Positions 1-11,094 of a DNA stretch of 24,339 nucleotides are shown here, piece after piece. Made by a program: the position numbers and the translations under genes. The DNA lies in assembly GCA_002269645.1 (NCBI GenBank), contig NIVC01005160.1:1-24339 (forward strand), read 5' to 3'. The notes below the pieces were generated by a model. It had not been told where the DNA came from. It searched no databases and saw nothing but the letters and a program-made list of their open reading frames with translations. The first letter of the stretch is position 1, and the number at the start of each line of letters is the position of its first letter. This DNA comes from Macrostomum lignano (taxonomy: Eukaryota).

Positions 1-1020
1 GATATGGCATATGTATGATTAAGGTGATAATTAAAAGTTTTGGAGCAAAGTTAACAACTTGTGTTTTAGTAGATTTAAATCATTAGTTTGGTTAGGAAAA
101 TATATTATGTTTCTCTTAATAAAAATAGTTATAATTAGTACAAAATAAGCAAAATATTTAAACAATATAAAATCTTTATATCATTATAAAACAAGAGCCC
201 GTTTACTTTTAGACCATAAAGTCAGATCATTTAATTTTAGAAAATAAATTATAAAAAATATAGTTTTGTAGATTTGTGCTATATTTCTTAAATTTAAAAC
301 CAAAAGGTAAAATCATAAATTTCTTATATACAAACAAAAATAGAAAAATTAGATACCAACAAACCATTTTTAGTATATTTAGATATTATTATCAATAAGC
401 ATTAGAAATGTTTCAAAACAGTTTTTGGAGTTTCTAAGTGCAGATTACAATTTAAAAAAAAATTAGAAATCAAAATTTCAAAAAGTCTAGTTCTAGCATC
501 TTTTTAATTTTATATTTTTAAAGAATTTTATTGTTGTCTAATAAAATTATTTACAAGACAATTTTTCAAAAGTATTTAGATTTGGTAAAACTATTTTGTA
601 GTATTTTTTGGAATTGTAAATTAATATAATTTTATTATAATAAACAATTATATTCATATATCTTCATGAAAAAATTATAAACATAATAAAATTATACTAG
701 GCCTAACTCATTAAAAACCCAAAGCAAAATTTTATAAATAGACTACAAAAAACAACCTAAATTTGTGAATATTTAACCTTCCTTGTTAATATGTTGATTA
801 TTTTTGTTTAAGTAATATGCACAAGTATCAAAGCCTAAGAATTCAAGAAAATTAATAACCATATCAAAATAGCCTAACTTAATAAGATATCTATAGGCCT
901 ATTCTATCTAAGAAACTATATATAAAGTAAGACATAAAGTTGGCTTTTAGTTAAAGTTGCTCGCTTAGCAAGTAAGATCAATAGGATTATAAGAAAGCAA
1001 AAATCAACATTAGCCTAAAT

Positions 1021-1156
1021 CAAGTTATTGATCAATGTTCATTTGACTCCAAACTGCAGATACTTGAAGCACTGTACATTAAAGTGCATTCCCCCCAACT
1101 TGAACACTCAACTCCAATACAATAATATAGGGTCACATGTTTTCCGTGTGTTCTAA
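1021..1156 (+). pseudogene. 3' fragment of a Penelope-like element ORF (C-terminal end of GIY-YIG endonuclease)
   Basis: Manual translation from 1021: QVIDQCSFDSKLQILEALYIKVHSP, frameshift in C6 run (1091-1096), then NLNTQLQYNNIGSHVFRVF* (TAA 1154-1156). The ILEALYIK..P.LN.Q pattern resembles the end of Penelope-like GIY-YIG domains (recalled motif). No RT part is visible. Confidence 0.5.
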
Positions 1157-2035
1157 GGAAGAGGTACTAGATGTACATTATTTACTTCTAACTATATCGC
1201 TAGGCCTATCATTCCATCCCTGGATTTTGCCTCTTGTCTTTTGGACCAACAAACATGTACTTTAAATATTTATTGAATTTATACCCTAAAATTTTGTATT
1301 TATTTACTGCCAATCTTAGGCCACTCGTTTCTTTTGCTCAAAAATAGGCCTAAACCTAAAGATGCACAGTATTATGCGAAATGCATCATTCAATTAAATT
1401 TATTTAATGTTAAAGTTTGCTTTTAGATTGAGTTGTGCCTTTATTTCTATTATCAATGCTTAGTAATTCAATAATTCTTCATTAGCATTTATTTTAGGCC
1501 TAGTATAATAGATTAGGCCTACATTTGATTTAGGTAAGGTAGCTATTACTTAGCTATTACCCCTCATCAGCAGCAGGGGTTGGCCTAACCTAATCTTGTC
1601 CTGCAAGTTGCAATTGCAACTCGTTCTCTTAGCAAAGCAAAGTGAGAGAACCTGTCAGAATGTGGGAAACTAGGATTAGGCCTATGCTAAAATTGCCTAT
1701 CACTCATAGGCCTATACTGAGGACTTGGAAGGTGCTAGGAATTGCATATAAGAGGGATATTTTAGGGCTTAATTTTGAGCTGATCTGATTTGGGCTTATT
1801 TAGCCCAACCCAACCCAAGAAATTGGGCCAATCTGCCCCCTACTTTAGTTTAAAATTCCTAGATCCACATCCGCCACTGGCTTGTTTGGAAACAAAAAAG
1901 AACTAACTTTTGATATTATTAATCATAATGGAAGCATTAGAGAAACATCATTGGTGTTGCTTAAGGCAGAGGTTGGCGAAGCATTAATTAGGCTTATTAA
2001 ATGGTAATATGGTGATTAAAATTCCTCTATTATAC

Positions 2036-2413
2036 GGGTCTCCCTAAAACACGCCCCGCACCGCCCTGCAGCGCTACACATTAAAACAAATTGGACTATA
2101 ACTGAAGACACTTCAAAATGCGTTTTCTGTTAAGCTTCAAAGTTTTATTAAATTAAGTTTGTTTACTATGAAATATGAAATTCGGTGAAAAATAAGTGAT
2201 ATTATTAATAATTTTAATAAAAAATTAATAATATAATTTTATAATGAAAACGAGAATATAAAAATAATAACAATATTTATAATAATAATTAAAGATATTT
2301 ATTCCATTACTCGTACAACAAATAGTTTTCTTTGCAATCAAATACTGCATTGACAAAAAATGTTATAATGTGTAGCGGTTCGGGGCGGTGCGGTGCGTGT
2401 TTTAGGGAGACCC
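2036..2413. mobile_element. Non-autonomous DNA transposon (MITE), 378 bp, 53-bp TIRs, 9-bp TSD (MULE- or Merlin-type signature)
   Basis: Left TIR 2036-2088 (GGGTCTCCCTAAAACACGCCCCGCACCGCC...) matches the reverse complement of 2361-2413 with 5 mismatches in 53 bp. CTATTATAC is directly repeated at 2027-2035 and 2414-2422. The interior is AT-rich and non-coding. Confidence 0.92.
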
Positions 2414-2787
2414 CTATTATACTGTTTTGAAGTTTCAAAGAAAACGAATTTAAAAAATCAAACTTGCGCGAGAAAATGAGATTGGTTCGTTTTACCTTGC
2501 GAACTTTCTTCAACCATATAAATTTTGTTTACTCTAGACGGAAATTCTAACTATAGGAGCGAGCTATAGGGAGAAAAGCGACTGTTGTCAATAACACTGA
2601 AAACGAAAAAATTAAAGCGATTTTTTGTTGCAGAAAGTAGTGTTCCCAGGGAGATCAGAAGTGGGAGTCTGGTGTTCCTGGACTTGGCTCTTCTGAAGGA
2701 TACTCAAGGACTACTAGACGAAGTGTTCCTAGTGGTCCTTAAGGATACTATAAATAAGTCGCCCCGGCCATCATTCTCGACTCCCCA

Positions 2788-4275
2788 CATGACTTGAGCT
2801 ACGTTATTTGCAGTGATGATTTTCCAGTTAGTAAGATGACAATTCTTTGTGGAAGTTTTGAGCTGGGGTTCTGAATGGTTAAAGAAATCTGATAAGTTTA
2901 ATTGCAATCGGGCAATTCAATGCTTATTTTCATTCGCAACAGGCATTCCGCCATTCCGTCAGGGAAATCTGTGTGTCCTGTCCTGCAGCGTCTGCTATCC
3001 GACGTGGTGGAACTACTGGACCGCCTAAAATCTAAAACGGCTTGCTGAGACGTGCGTCTGCTGCATGGTTTGGGTAGACATGCAGAAACTGAACTATGCA
3101 GCGTATATCTTCCACTAGTAGTAGCAGCTGAATAAGTAGAGTCTGGACGGAGTTGCATGCAGAAGAGAATGCGACTCAGGCCCGGTGTTGCCAGATTTCA
3201 TCTAGTCGTATTCATGATGGACGCGCCAAAGTTATTTATGGTGTCAAGTGCTTTAATGCGCTGTCCACGGGTGCGACAAATGTTAAATCAGCAGAACCTA
3301 TACATGTACATGTAGCCAGCAGCCTCAGATGCTGTGTCTTGAGTGCCACTATATAAAAGTAACACCTTGCGCGTGTAGGCGCAGATTGGAAAGACGACAA
3401 CATTCGGTGTGAAGCCAGCGCGGCAATTCTACTACTTTGGTATTAGTAGAATAAGTTCCCAGCTGAAGTTGTTAGGTTTGATTTCGTTGTTGAGCTCTAG
3501 TAAAAGATCCCCATATTTTTATAGCGATCCCAATTGTATATACTGCACCAGTTGTGCAAGGGCCCTGTCAAGTGGGGGCGCACTCACGCAGCTGCCAAAG
3601 ACTAGAGACTAACATTCCAGTGGTCCTTGCATGTAACTGTTCGGCTCACCCAAGCCGGGTTGGAGTGCAGGTTCGTGACTATGTGCTGTCATTTAGTCGT
3701 ACCCGATTTATTTGCAATACTAGGAAAACCACCGCCGATAAAATGCAGTCAACCCGGATTAACGAAGATCTTTTCAACTAGTCGACGCTCTGAATGTTTC
3801 GATCCGCATCCGAGGGGCACGGTACAGAGACCGCCATGGGGGGCTTGCGTGACCTTGGTCATCACATTGGGGGCCAAGAGCTGAAGCCTGGTTGCTTAAT
3901 TGTAACGGTCCAATGGTGCTCCCCGACGTTCCACGTGAGACGTACGCACAGTATTTTAACTTTCTGTCGTCGTCTTTCTTCTGGCTGCCAACGTCGCGCC
4001 ATTAGATGAAGTGGAGCGCACACAAACCAAATTGCGACACTACGCGCACCGTCTTGAACCGTTGTACTGGAGGTAGGCTCTGACGTACAATGTGCTCACA
4101 CCTGCTCACGACCTGCTCACAAAGTCGTTGACAGGCCGGTAGAAAGGCTGCGTGGCTGAGAAGCCGCTGGACGTATGATACACTTGTACAATCCTTTTTA
4201 TTACAGATCGTGAGGGGCAATGTATCACTTTCCTGGGTGCAGTTGGCTTTTAGACGCTTGCAAAGCGAGCTCATA
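2788..4275 (+). pseudogene. Heavily decayed CMC/EnSpm (CACTA)-like DDE transposase
   Basis: Motifs appear in the expected order across many frameshifts and stops: DLSYVICSDDFPVSK/SLW (2791-2852); FMMDAP, GVKCFNA, GCDKC (3211-3283; cf. DAPARA..K.FN...GC.KC); SIRIP/RPP/AWLL..GPMVLPDV..YAQYFNFL (~3800-3965); DEVERTQTKLRHYAHRLEPLYW..LTYNV/HLL (4005-4110; cf. LYG..MTYNVH.LLHL); LQIVRG..VQLAFRRLQSE (4201-4272). Consensus motifs are from memory; element ends were not found. Confidence 0.6.
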
Positions 4276-5684
4276 AAAGACAACAAGCGTGCAAACGATC
4301 GCAACGCGCCGACGAGCAACCAGGTAGACCTATTCATGATAGACTTAACTGTTATCGCTTTGATCAACTATAGCCCATGGCCCATTTCCGTGAAGCTGAT
4401 AAAACAATTGCACGCATGTAATTAGTTGGCATTTAGCTAACACGCTACGGGCAGACCAGCCCGTTTTACGCCCTTCATCATGTCGAATAGGGTGTTCTTG
4501 CATGGAACCCGCGTAGACAATTACCCTCAGTCAACTCCGTCGTTTTAGAGTCGCAGACAATAAAACAGCGACTCTTTGAGGACTTCTTCCCGACTTGTAC
4601 TGCGACATCTCGTCGTTATTAAAGTTGTATTAGAGTCCTATTTTCCAATTTTACCTTTTGTCATCCGCAACGACTCTGAAGCGACTCTGGAGCGACGCAA
4701 AATGACACTGGTACGCTTCTTGGCCTTTGGCACCGTTTTTATCGGTTTAACTGCAGTTACTAATGCAGATATTTTTCAAAACCTGCAGGCCCCTCCTTTT
4801 TATATTCGCCCCAAAACAACTAAAATACTGTCTTGCGTTTTTGACAAATCGCTGTGACACTTGTTGCTTTATCAAAGACTGTGTATTAAAGTCCAAGAAG
4901 AACGCAGAGGCCGTCTTTAAAGCGAGTACGTCTGTCTAAAACACAGATCCTAAAATTGTGGTCTGTGGTCTAAAGGCCGGATTGATTTCATATGGTGTCT
5001 CAACTATAGACATAAAATTGAGTTATTTTTAACACGAGTAATTGGACCAATGCATGTTTATGAAACCAAAATCGTTGACCGTAAGATCCCGATAATCTAA
5101 ACGGCTGACGCGCGCAAACTTGTTAAGGAGGAGACCAACAACCGTAATTGTTATACTGACCTCGTCCGCTTGCCAAGATACCACGATTCACAAATACCAT
5201 AGGTGTTTTAAAACGGTTTAGTTTTTTGAAAGTGGAATAACGGTGGCTATAAATACTACTAAGAGCAATACCAAGGAAGTAGAAGAACGAAACAATTTTA
5301 AAGAGATGGGGAAAGAACCCGTCACAACTTGTTGTCTGTCAGCTGTAAAGCTAAAATTTTTAAATTAACCCTTGTTAAATTATCTATTAATGTACAAATT
5401 ATAATTTCTTTAACATTCTCATTTCTTGACCACAATGTTAGTTACACCTTAAAAGTATCAAATTAATAAATTAGAAAATAATTAATTGACAGTCGTGCAC
5501 TCTTTTCCATTTTTTTAATTTTATTGTTGCAAAAGCAAAATTCAAAGCAAATACCATTTCAGTCAATCAATTCAAGCATGGGTGTTCACCGTTCACAGCA
5601 CACATAGCTAACACACGTAGTGTAGTGTTGGATCCAGTACATAATTCTTCTACTCGTACTAAAAGTAGGGCCTGTTGTATATGA

Positions 5685-8600
5685 TACAATAGGCAGATAC
5701 AAGAGGCAGAAGGCCCAGAAGAGGTCATGATTCATTTGGCGTTAGTCGCTGGCATGCACTGTCCCACAACACAGCAAAAGGTTCTAGAAGCTATGCAGAT
5801 CAAGGAGCTGGCGGTCGAGGAAATCGTAGATTTTGTTGCCCAGATCAAGCAAGTGAAATAGTTCGTGTCCAAACAAGCCTCCATGCCGTTCACGACCTCC
5901 CCACCAAAGGAAACTGTTCCGGAGATTCACCATGGCTCTTTGGCTACAAAGAACAACTTTACCACTCGCAAGATTGGACCACGCACGGGACAGTGTGGTT
6001 ACTGCGGCCAAGTCCATGTTGCTGGAAAGTGCCCAGCGTTTGGAAAAACCTGCAGCAAATGCTCAAAACCAAACCCCTTTGCATCGGTATGTCGATCCTC
6101 CCGACCACGCCAGCTCCACAACGTCGAGGAGCTCTCAAACGCAGACACGCCGCAACCAGATACCACGTCCCTTCTTCACCTTAGGGACGCGGACACGATT
6201 CACGCTATCGACTCGACACTGGAAAACATAGTAATCAATGGTGCTCAAATCCCAATGCAAGTAGACACCGGTGCTGCGGTGAGCGTCATTTCAAGCACTC
6301 TCTGGGAGTCACTCTGCCGCCCGGCCCTCCAGAGGTGTCATCGCCGTCTTCAAACCTACGATGGCCACATGCTTAAAGTCCTCGGCAAGTTATAAACCGC
6401 CATTGAGCTTCGCGGCAAGTTTCACCCTGCTGAACTGATCGTTGTACAGGCCTCTAAGGCATTCGGTCTGTTAGGCTGTGACTTATTGGACTCAGCGCAA
6501 GTCCACAGCACATGCTCCACTAGCATCGGTAACAGCGTGGATGCCCTACCCGTGATTAAAGGCATCAAGGCCAAAATGGAGACCATCGCTGGTGCCAATC
6601 CGAGGTTTTGCCGTGCGCGTCCCGTGCCTGTCGCCCTGGAATCCTCCATCAACGCTGAATTGGACAGGCTGCAGCAGTTGGGCGTGATAGAACCAGTTGA
6701 CGGCCCGGTGAGCAATGCTTCTCCTGTCGTCTGGGTCAAAAAGAAAGATGGAACCCTAAGGATGTGCGCTGACTACAGCGTTTACGTCAACGCAAAGATC
6801 AAGTCAGAGGACCATCCCATCCCTAGCGTGGAGCACCTATTTTCCAAACTAAAAAACGCCAAGAAGTTTGCCAAAGTAGACCTGAGGTCGGCCTACTGGC
6901 AGATCGAATTGGACGAGGCTGCTCAGGATCTCTCAATAATTAACACATCCAAAGGATTATTTCGCGTGAAAAGACTTCAGATGGGGATGAAGAATGCATC
7001 TTTTATTTTTGAGCGCGCGATGGAAAGTATTCTGTCAGACCTAAAGGGCGTTCTCATCTACCAAGACGACGTATTAGTTTTCGCCGAAAACAGTGATTCA
7101 CTACAGAAAAGACTTCGTGCTGTGAAGACTAGGCTGGCAGAAAAGCATGTCACCATCAACGAAAGCAAATGCATCGAGGCGACTGATGAAATATCATTTC
7201 TGGGATTTAAAATTTCTGCTGCTGGCATCCAACCCGATGATCGATTGGTTGAGAAAATCCGCAGCATCGCACAACCCAAAGACAAGAAGGAGCTGGAACG
7301 ATTCGTTGGTCTAATAAACTTCTTCGGAAGGCTAGTACCCAACTTCTCTGGAAAGATTCAGCCGCTAAATCGACTGAGCAGAGCGGACGCCGACTTTCAA
7401 TGGACAGCTGAGTGTGACCGAGCCTTCAGACAACTCAAGACGGAGATTGCCTCTCAACCCATAGTCCAGCCATACTCATTAGAAAAGGAACTCACTCTTA
7501 CCACAGATGCCTCCAAGGGAGCGCTTGCAGGAGTGGTCACGCAGGATGGCCATCCTGTGATCTATATTTCTCGGTGTCTTTCCACTGCGGAACAAAACTA
7601 TTCGAACATAGAGCGAGAAGCCCTTGCCGTTTTTTGGGCAGTCAGCCGGCTGAAGCACTATTTACTGGGCCGCCACTTCACAATACAGACGGATCATAAG
7701 CCTCTCGAACAGCTCTTCGGCCAGTCTCGCGGGGTGCCGCTGAACACCTCCGCTCGCATTAGCAGATGGGCACTCGCGATGATGCACCTTGACTACACCA
7801 TACGCTATATACCAGGAGAGAAGATTCCACATGCCGACGCGCTTTCTCGTCTACGCTTCACTGACTTATCTAACGATTCTAACGATTCGGCGGAAGTCTG
7901 CGAAGCCATTGATTGCGTTGCCTTCGAGCCGTCTGTCATTTCCAGGTACCGGGTTGCCGCAGAGCTAGAGTTGGATGAGCTCATAAAAAAGTGATGCACC
8001 GAATTCGCTCGGGAAACTGGGCTGGCTGTTCTCAGGCTGAGAAACCATTCCAGGCCGTATCGCAATGCCTAACTATCGAGGACGGCTTACTGTTCAAGGG
8101 TTGCCAGGTCTACATTCCGCCAAGACTGCGGAAAGAAGCTTTTCGTGCAGCGCATGGCACTCACTCTGGGTCTCTGGCGACACTCAACTTCATTAGCTTG
8201 TCCTGCTGGTGGCCTGGAATGCGCGCTGACATCGAGCGATTTGTCAGCCAGTGTGATGTATGCAACAGGCTGCGGCCCAGATTGGGGAAGACCAGAGACA
8301 CCTGGCCATCGACTGAATACCCGTTTCAAAAGCTTCACGTTGACTGGGCGTACGTAAAGAATGTTGGAAACATCCTGATAGCAGTCGACTCTCACTCTGG
8401 TTGGATCGAGGCCTTTCCCTGTAAAGATCGATCCACAGATCAGATCATTAAATGCCTCAGAACTGTTTTCACACGCTTTGGCGTGCCTGAACTTTTAGTT
8501 TCGGACAATGCTCCGGAGTTCGTCAGCGATTCACTGAGGAGCTGGCTGCACCAAAATGGCATAAAGAAGATGGAATCCCCAACTTATTATCCCCAGGCCA

Positions 8601-9100
8601 ATGGATCGGCTGAGCGAGCAGTCCAGACAGTCAAACGAGCTCTGCGGGCCTGGAACGAACGAACCTCCCAAGCTGAATTTGTTCCCTATCTACAGCGATT
8701 GCTGTTTCATCACCGAAACTCATCCACGAGTAGGGGCAAGACGCCAGCTGAGATTGTTTTCGGACGCCAACTACGCGCTCCTGTAGTCTCCACACTCAAC
8801 CAAGGCGAGCACGTTCTGTATCAGCCAACTTCGGACGTTCCACCCTCCACTGTCGAATACGGGATGAACCGAGGCCGCAACACAGCCTTCGTGTTGGACG
8901 GGAGCGAACTGCGTTTGGCAAGCGACAACCAACTCGCTCCACTGCCACACGACGATGAAGAATCAATAGCAGGAGATCCCGCAGACACGGAGGCAGGGAA
9001 CGCCAGCGACAATTCGACCCAAGGCGCGCAAGTACAAGAAGCAGGTGGAATTCGCCGTAGCACCCGGATGCGTCGCCAACCAGACCGCTACTCCTCATGA
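5685..9100 (+). pseudogene. pol: Gypsy-A gag-pol, originally one ORF, disrupted by TAG 5859-5861, TAA 6393-6395 and a 1-nt loss in the A6 run at 7985-7990
   Basis: Knuckles CGYCGQVHVAGKC and CSKCSKPNPFASVC (H>P); protease VDTGAAVS and LLGCD; RT PWVKKKDGTLRMCADY-type N-terminus, LRSAYWQ, YQDD (7059-7070); RNase H TDAS, YSNIEREALA, TDHKPL; integrase HGTH..CDVC, HVDW, SDNAPEF, ANGSAER; C-terminal RRSTRMRRQPDRY. ORFs 5865-6395 and 6486-7994 share a frame; 7991-9100 is shifted. Confidence 0.93.
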
Positions 9101-9245
9101 CTGCTAAAAAACCGCATTAGCTACACATTACGAACCAAAATGAAACCTGACACGCTGAATTTGAATTAGTTATCTGTTAAGTTCCTAACATAAAGTTTAC
9201 ATTGTTCGGAAACATAGTTCAACTCTTTCCTTCTGGAGGGACACA

Positions 9246-9456
9246 TGACATACGCTCGTGCAATAGTCTATGGCCGCTGCGCCCAAATGCCGCCTCCCTC
9301 ATCCCTTCCTAATATATAAGTGTTTATAAATTAATCTTGTTCGTAATCTTGTTACAAGCCACGCTATCATTAATGTGGTCCTAAAGCCAAATAAACAAGC
9401 AAAGCAAGATACGAGCTTCGTTATTCAAGCACTAGAGTTGCCATCTGAGCATCACA
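9246..9456 (+). repeat. Putative 3' LTR of Gypsy-A
   Basis: Follows a purine-rich GGAGGGA (9235-9241, degenerate PPT). Starts TGA, ends CATCACA. Contains TATATAA (9313-9319) and AATAAA (9390-9395). No second copy exists, so boundaries are inferred. Confidence 0.5.
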
Positions 9457-10430
9457 GATACCTTGATTAAGTATAGGCCTAGTAAACTACCAGTACTACA
9501 TGTAGTCCTAAGCCATATAAGAATGTCACTAATCAGGTTTAGGTCTAGTCTAGTATATTGTAAATTGTGTATGCCTAGCTAATTTTGTAGTCCAGTACAT
9601 CCGTTACCTGTGAAGCATTGTTGAAGAGTTATATTAAATACGCTCATAAAGTTAAATAAGGATGAACAGGCTCAAATAGAGGTGAATACGGACAATAAAT
9701 AATGAAATAGCATTAATCAAGACTCTATTACGAGCGTATGAATGCCAAATCCCGGCATCTCGGGATTAGCAGAAAATTTCAAAAAAATTCTCTATCTAAA
9801 GTTTAAATTACATTCCGCAACGTTGCACAGTACGCTTATCTTATTGAAGCAGATTTTATTGCTGCAGAAAGCTTGCCCCAGTTACAGCGAAAATTGCGAA
9901 ATGGATCTATGAGCAATTAGACAAATAATTTATTGATATTAGCTTAGAGCTATTATGCATAAATTTAAAGCGATTCTTTCCGGAACCTTTAAAAATAATC
10001 GCTACGATATCTGGTGATTTATTTTAATAAATAATACTTATTATTTTTTTTGATGCCACTGAGCTTGCAATTTTTAGTGGATTAGTATACCTGCGTACGA
10101 GTAATATGTGGAATTCGCTGTCGAGACTGTTGTGCAATGAAATTTAAACATGAAGTCCGCGTACTTGACGATTTCTATTGACCAAAAAGACCTTACTGAC
10201 GGCAAAAATAAACTGCACACAGACAGATGAAGATCATTAGCAACATCGGGACAGGATTACGCCAGGAACACATACTGTCTCTTGGTTAAAGCAATTTGTG
10301 CAGATTCTCGAGAGCTATAATAATAGCTTCTGTGCCCAGTAATCAAATCCAATGCGGTTTTCAATTAACATAAAATTTACAGGTGTTTTCTATATTAGTG
10401 AGTGTCCTTGATGATGATGGTACGATGATT

Positions 10431-10637
<207 letters not shown>

Positions 10638-11090
10638 GCCTGGGGACTTGGCTTAAGTGACAAGATCCAAGACAGGAAGTAACCAACTTGTGCACCTCTA
10701 AAAACAAAATATGGTGAAAGATGTCAGTGAGGATTAAAAGAGGAAAGAAGAGCCATAAAAAAACCAAAAAAGAGAGAAAAAGAGCAATAAAAACGCCATC
10801 AACCTGAAGCTGCCTGAAGAAAAGAACCCCGGACCAAGGAGCGAAACCCAGAAGAAAGCCAGATCAGAAAGAAGGAAGAGGAAAGGCAATGAAAAACGAA
10901 AAGCAAGAACAAAAACGAGACTTATAACAGCAAGAAGGAAATGGCAAGAGGAGAAAGTAAAAATTGAGACATGGAATGCCCAAAGAGCGAACATCGGAGC
11001 CGGACGTTTCGGACAAATGGTTAAGTTCGCACTGGAACGCTACATTATTCACTGAACTGAACAACGTGTCAAATGGAATCAGAAGATACC
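10638..11090 (+). mobile_element. 5' segment of an RTE-group non-LTR retrotransposon (5' UTR, basic leader, APE N-terminus)
   Basis: Frame 10759-11052 reads ...LKLPEEKNPGPRSETQKKARSERRKRK...KVKIETWNAQRAN (cf. APE start (L/V)KIGTWNV). After a frameshift it reads WNATLFTEL (APE catalytic E region). The sequence continues at 17875 after Gypsy-B. Confidence 0.65.
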
Positions 11091-11094
11091 ACCA

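Larger units (their letters stand above)
5685..9456 (+). mobile_element. Ty3/Gypsy LTR retrotransposon A, 5'-truncated (no 5' LTR or PBS), two Zn knuckles (Mag-like)
   Basis: Domain order gag-PR-RT-RH-IN is the Ty3/Gypsy order. A putative 3' LTR follows. Upstream of ~5685 there is no copy of the LTR. Confidence 0.93.

Noticed and set aside
1563-1570. CTGATGAG on the minus strand as a hammerhead ribozyme core near the Penelope-like fragment
   Set aside because: No stem II followed by GAAA can be formed downstream.
1861-1879. AGATCCACATCCGCCACTG resembling one end of a small DNA transposon
   Set aside because: No matching inverted end or TSD was found in the window.
2595-2615. CACTGAAAACG as the left terminus of the CACTA-like element
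   Set aside because: No complementary ...TTTTCAGTG terminus was found downstream of the transposase relic before Gypsy-A.
4207-4323. Apparent host exon (ttacag|...CAG|gtagac, 39 open codons)
   Set aside because: No compatible neighbouring exon was found (the upstream donor at ~4072 gives an immediate stop). The peptide fits the C-terminal part of the transposase relic better.
9746-9767. Hairpin AATCCCG-GCATCT-CGGGATT
   Set aside because: An isolated 7-bp stem with no supporting context; it could occur by chance.
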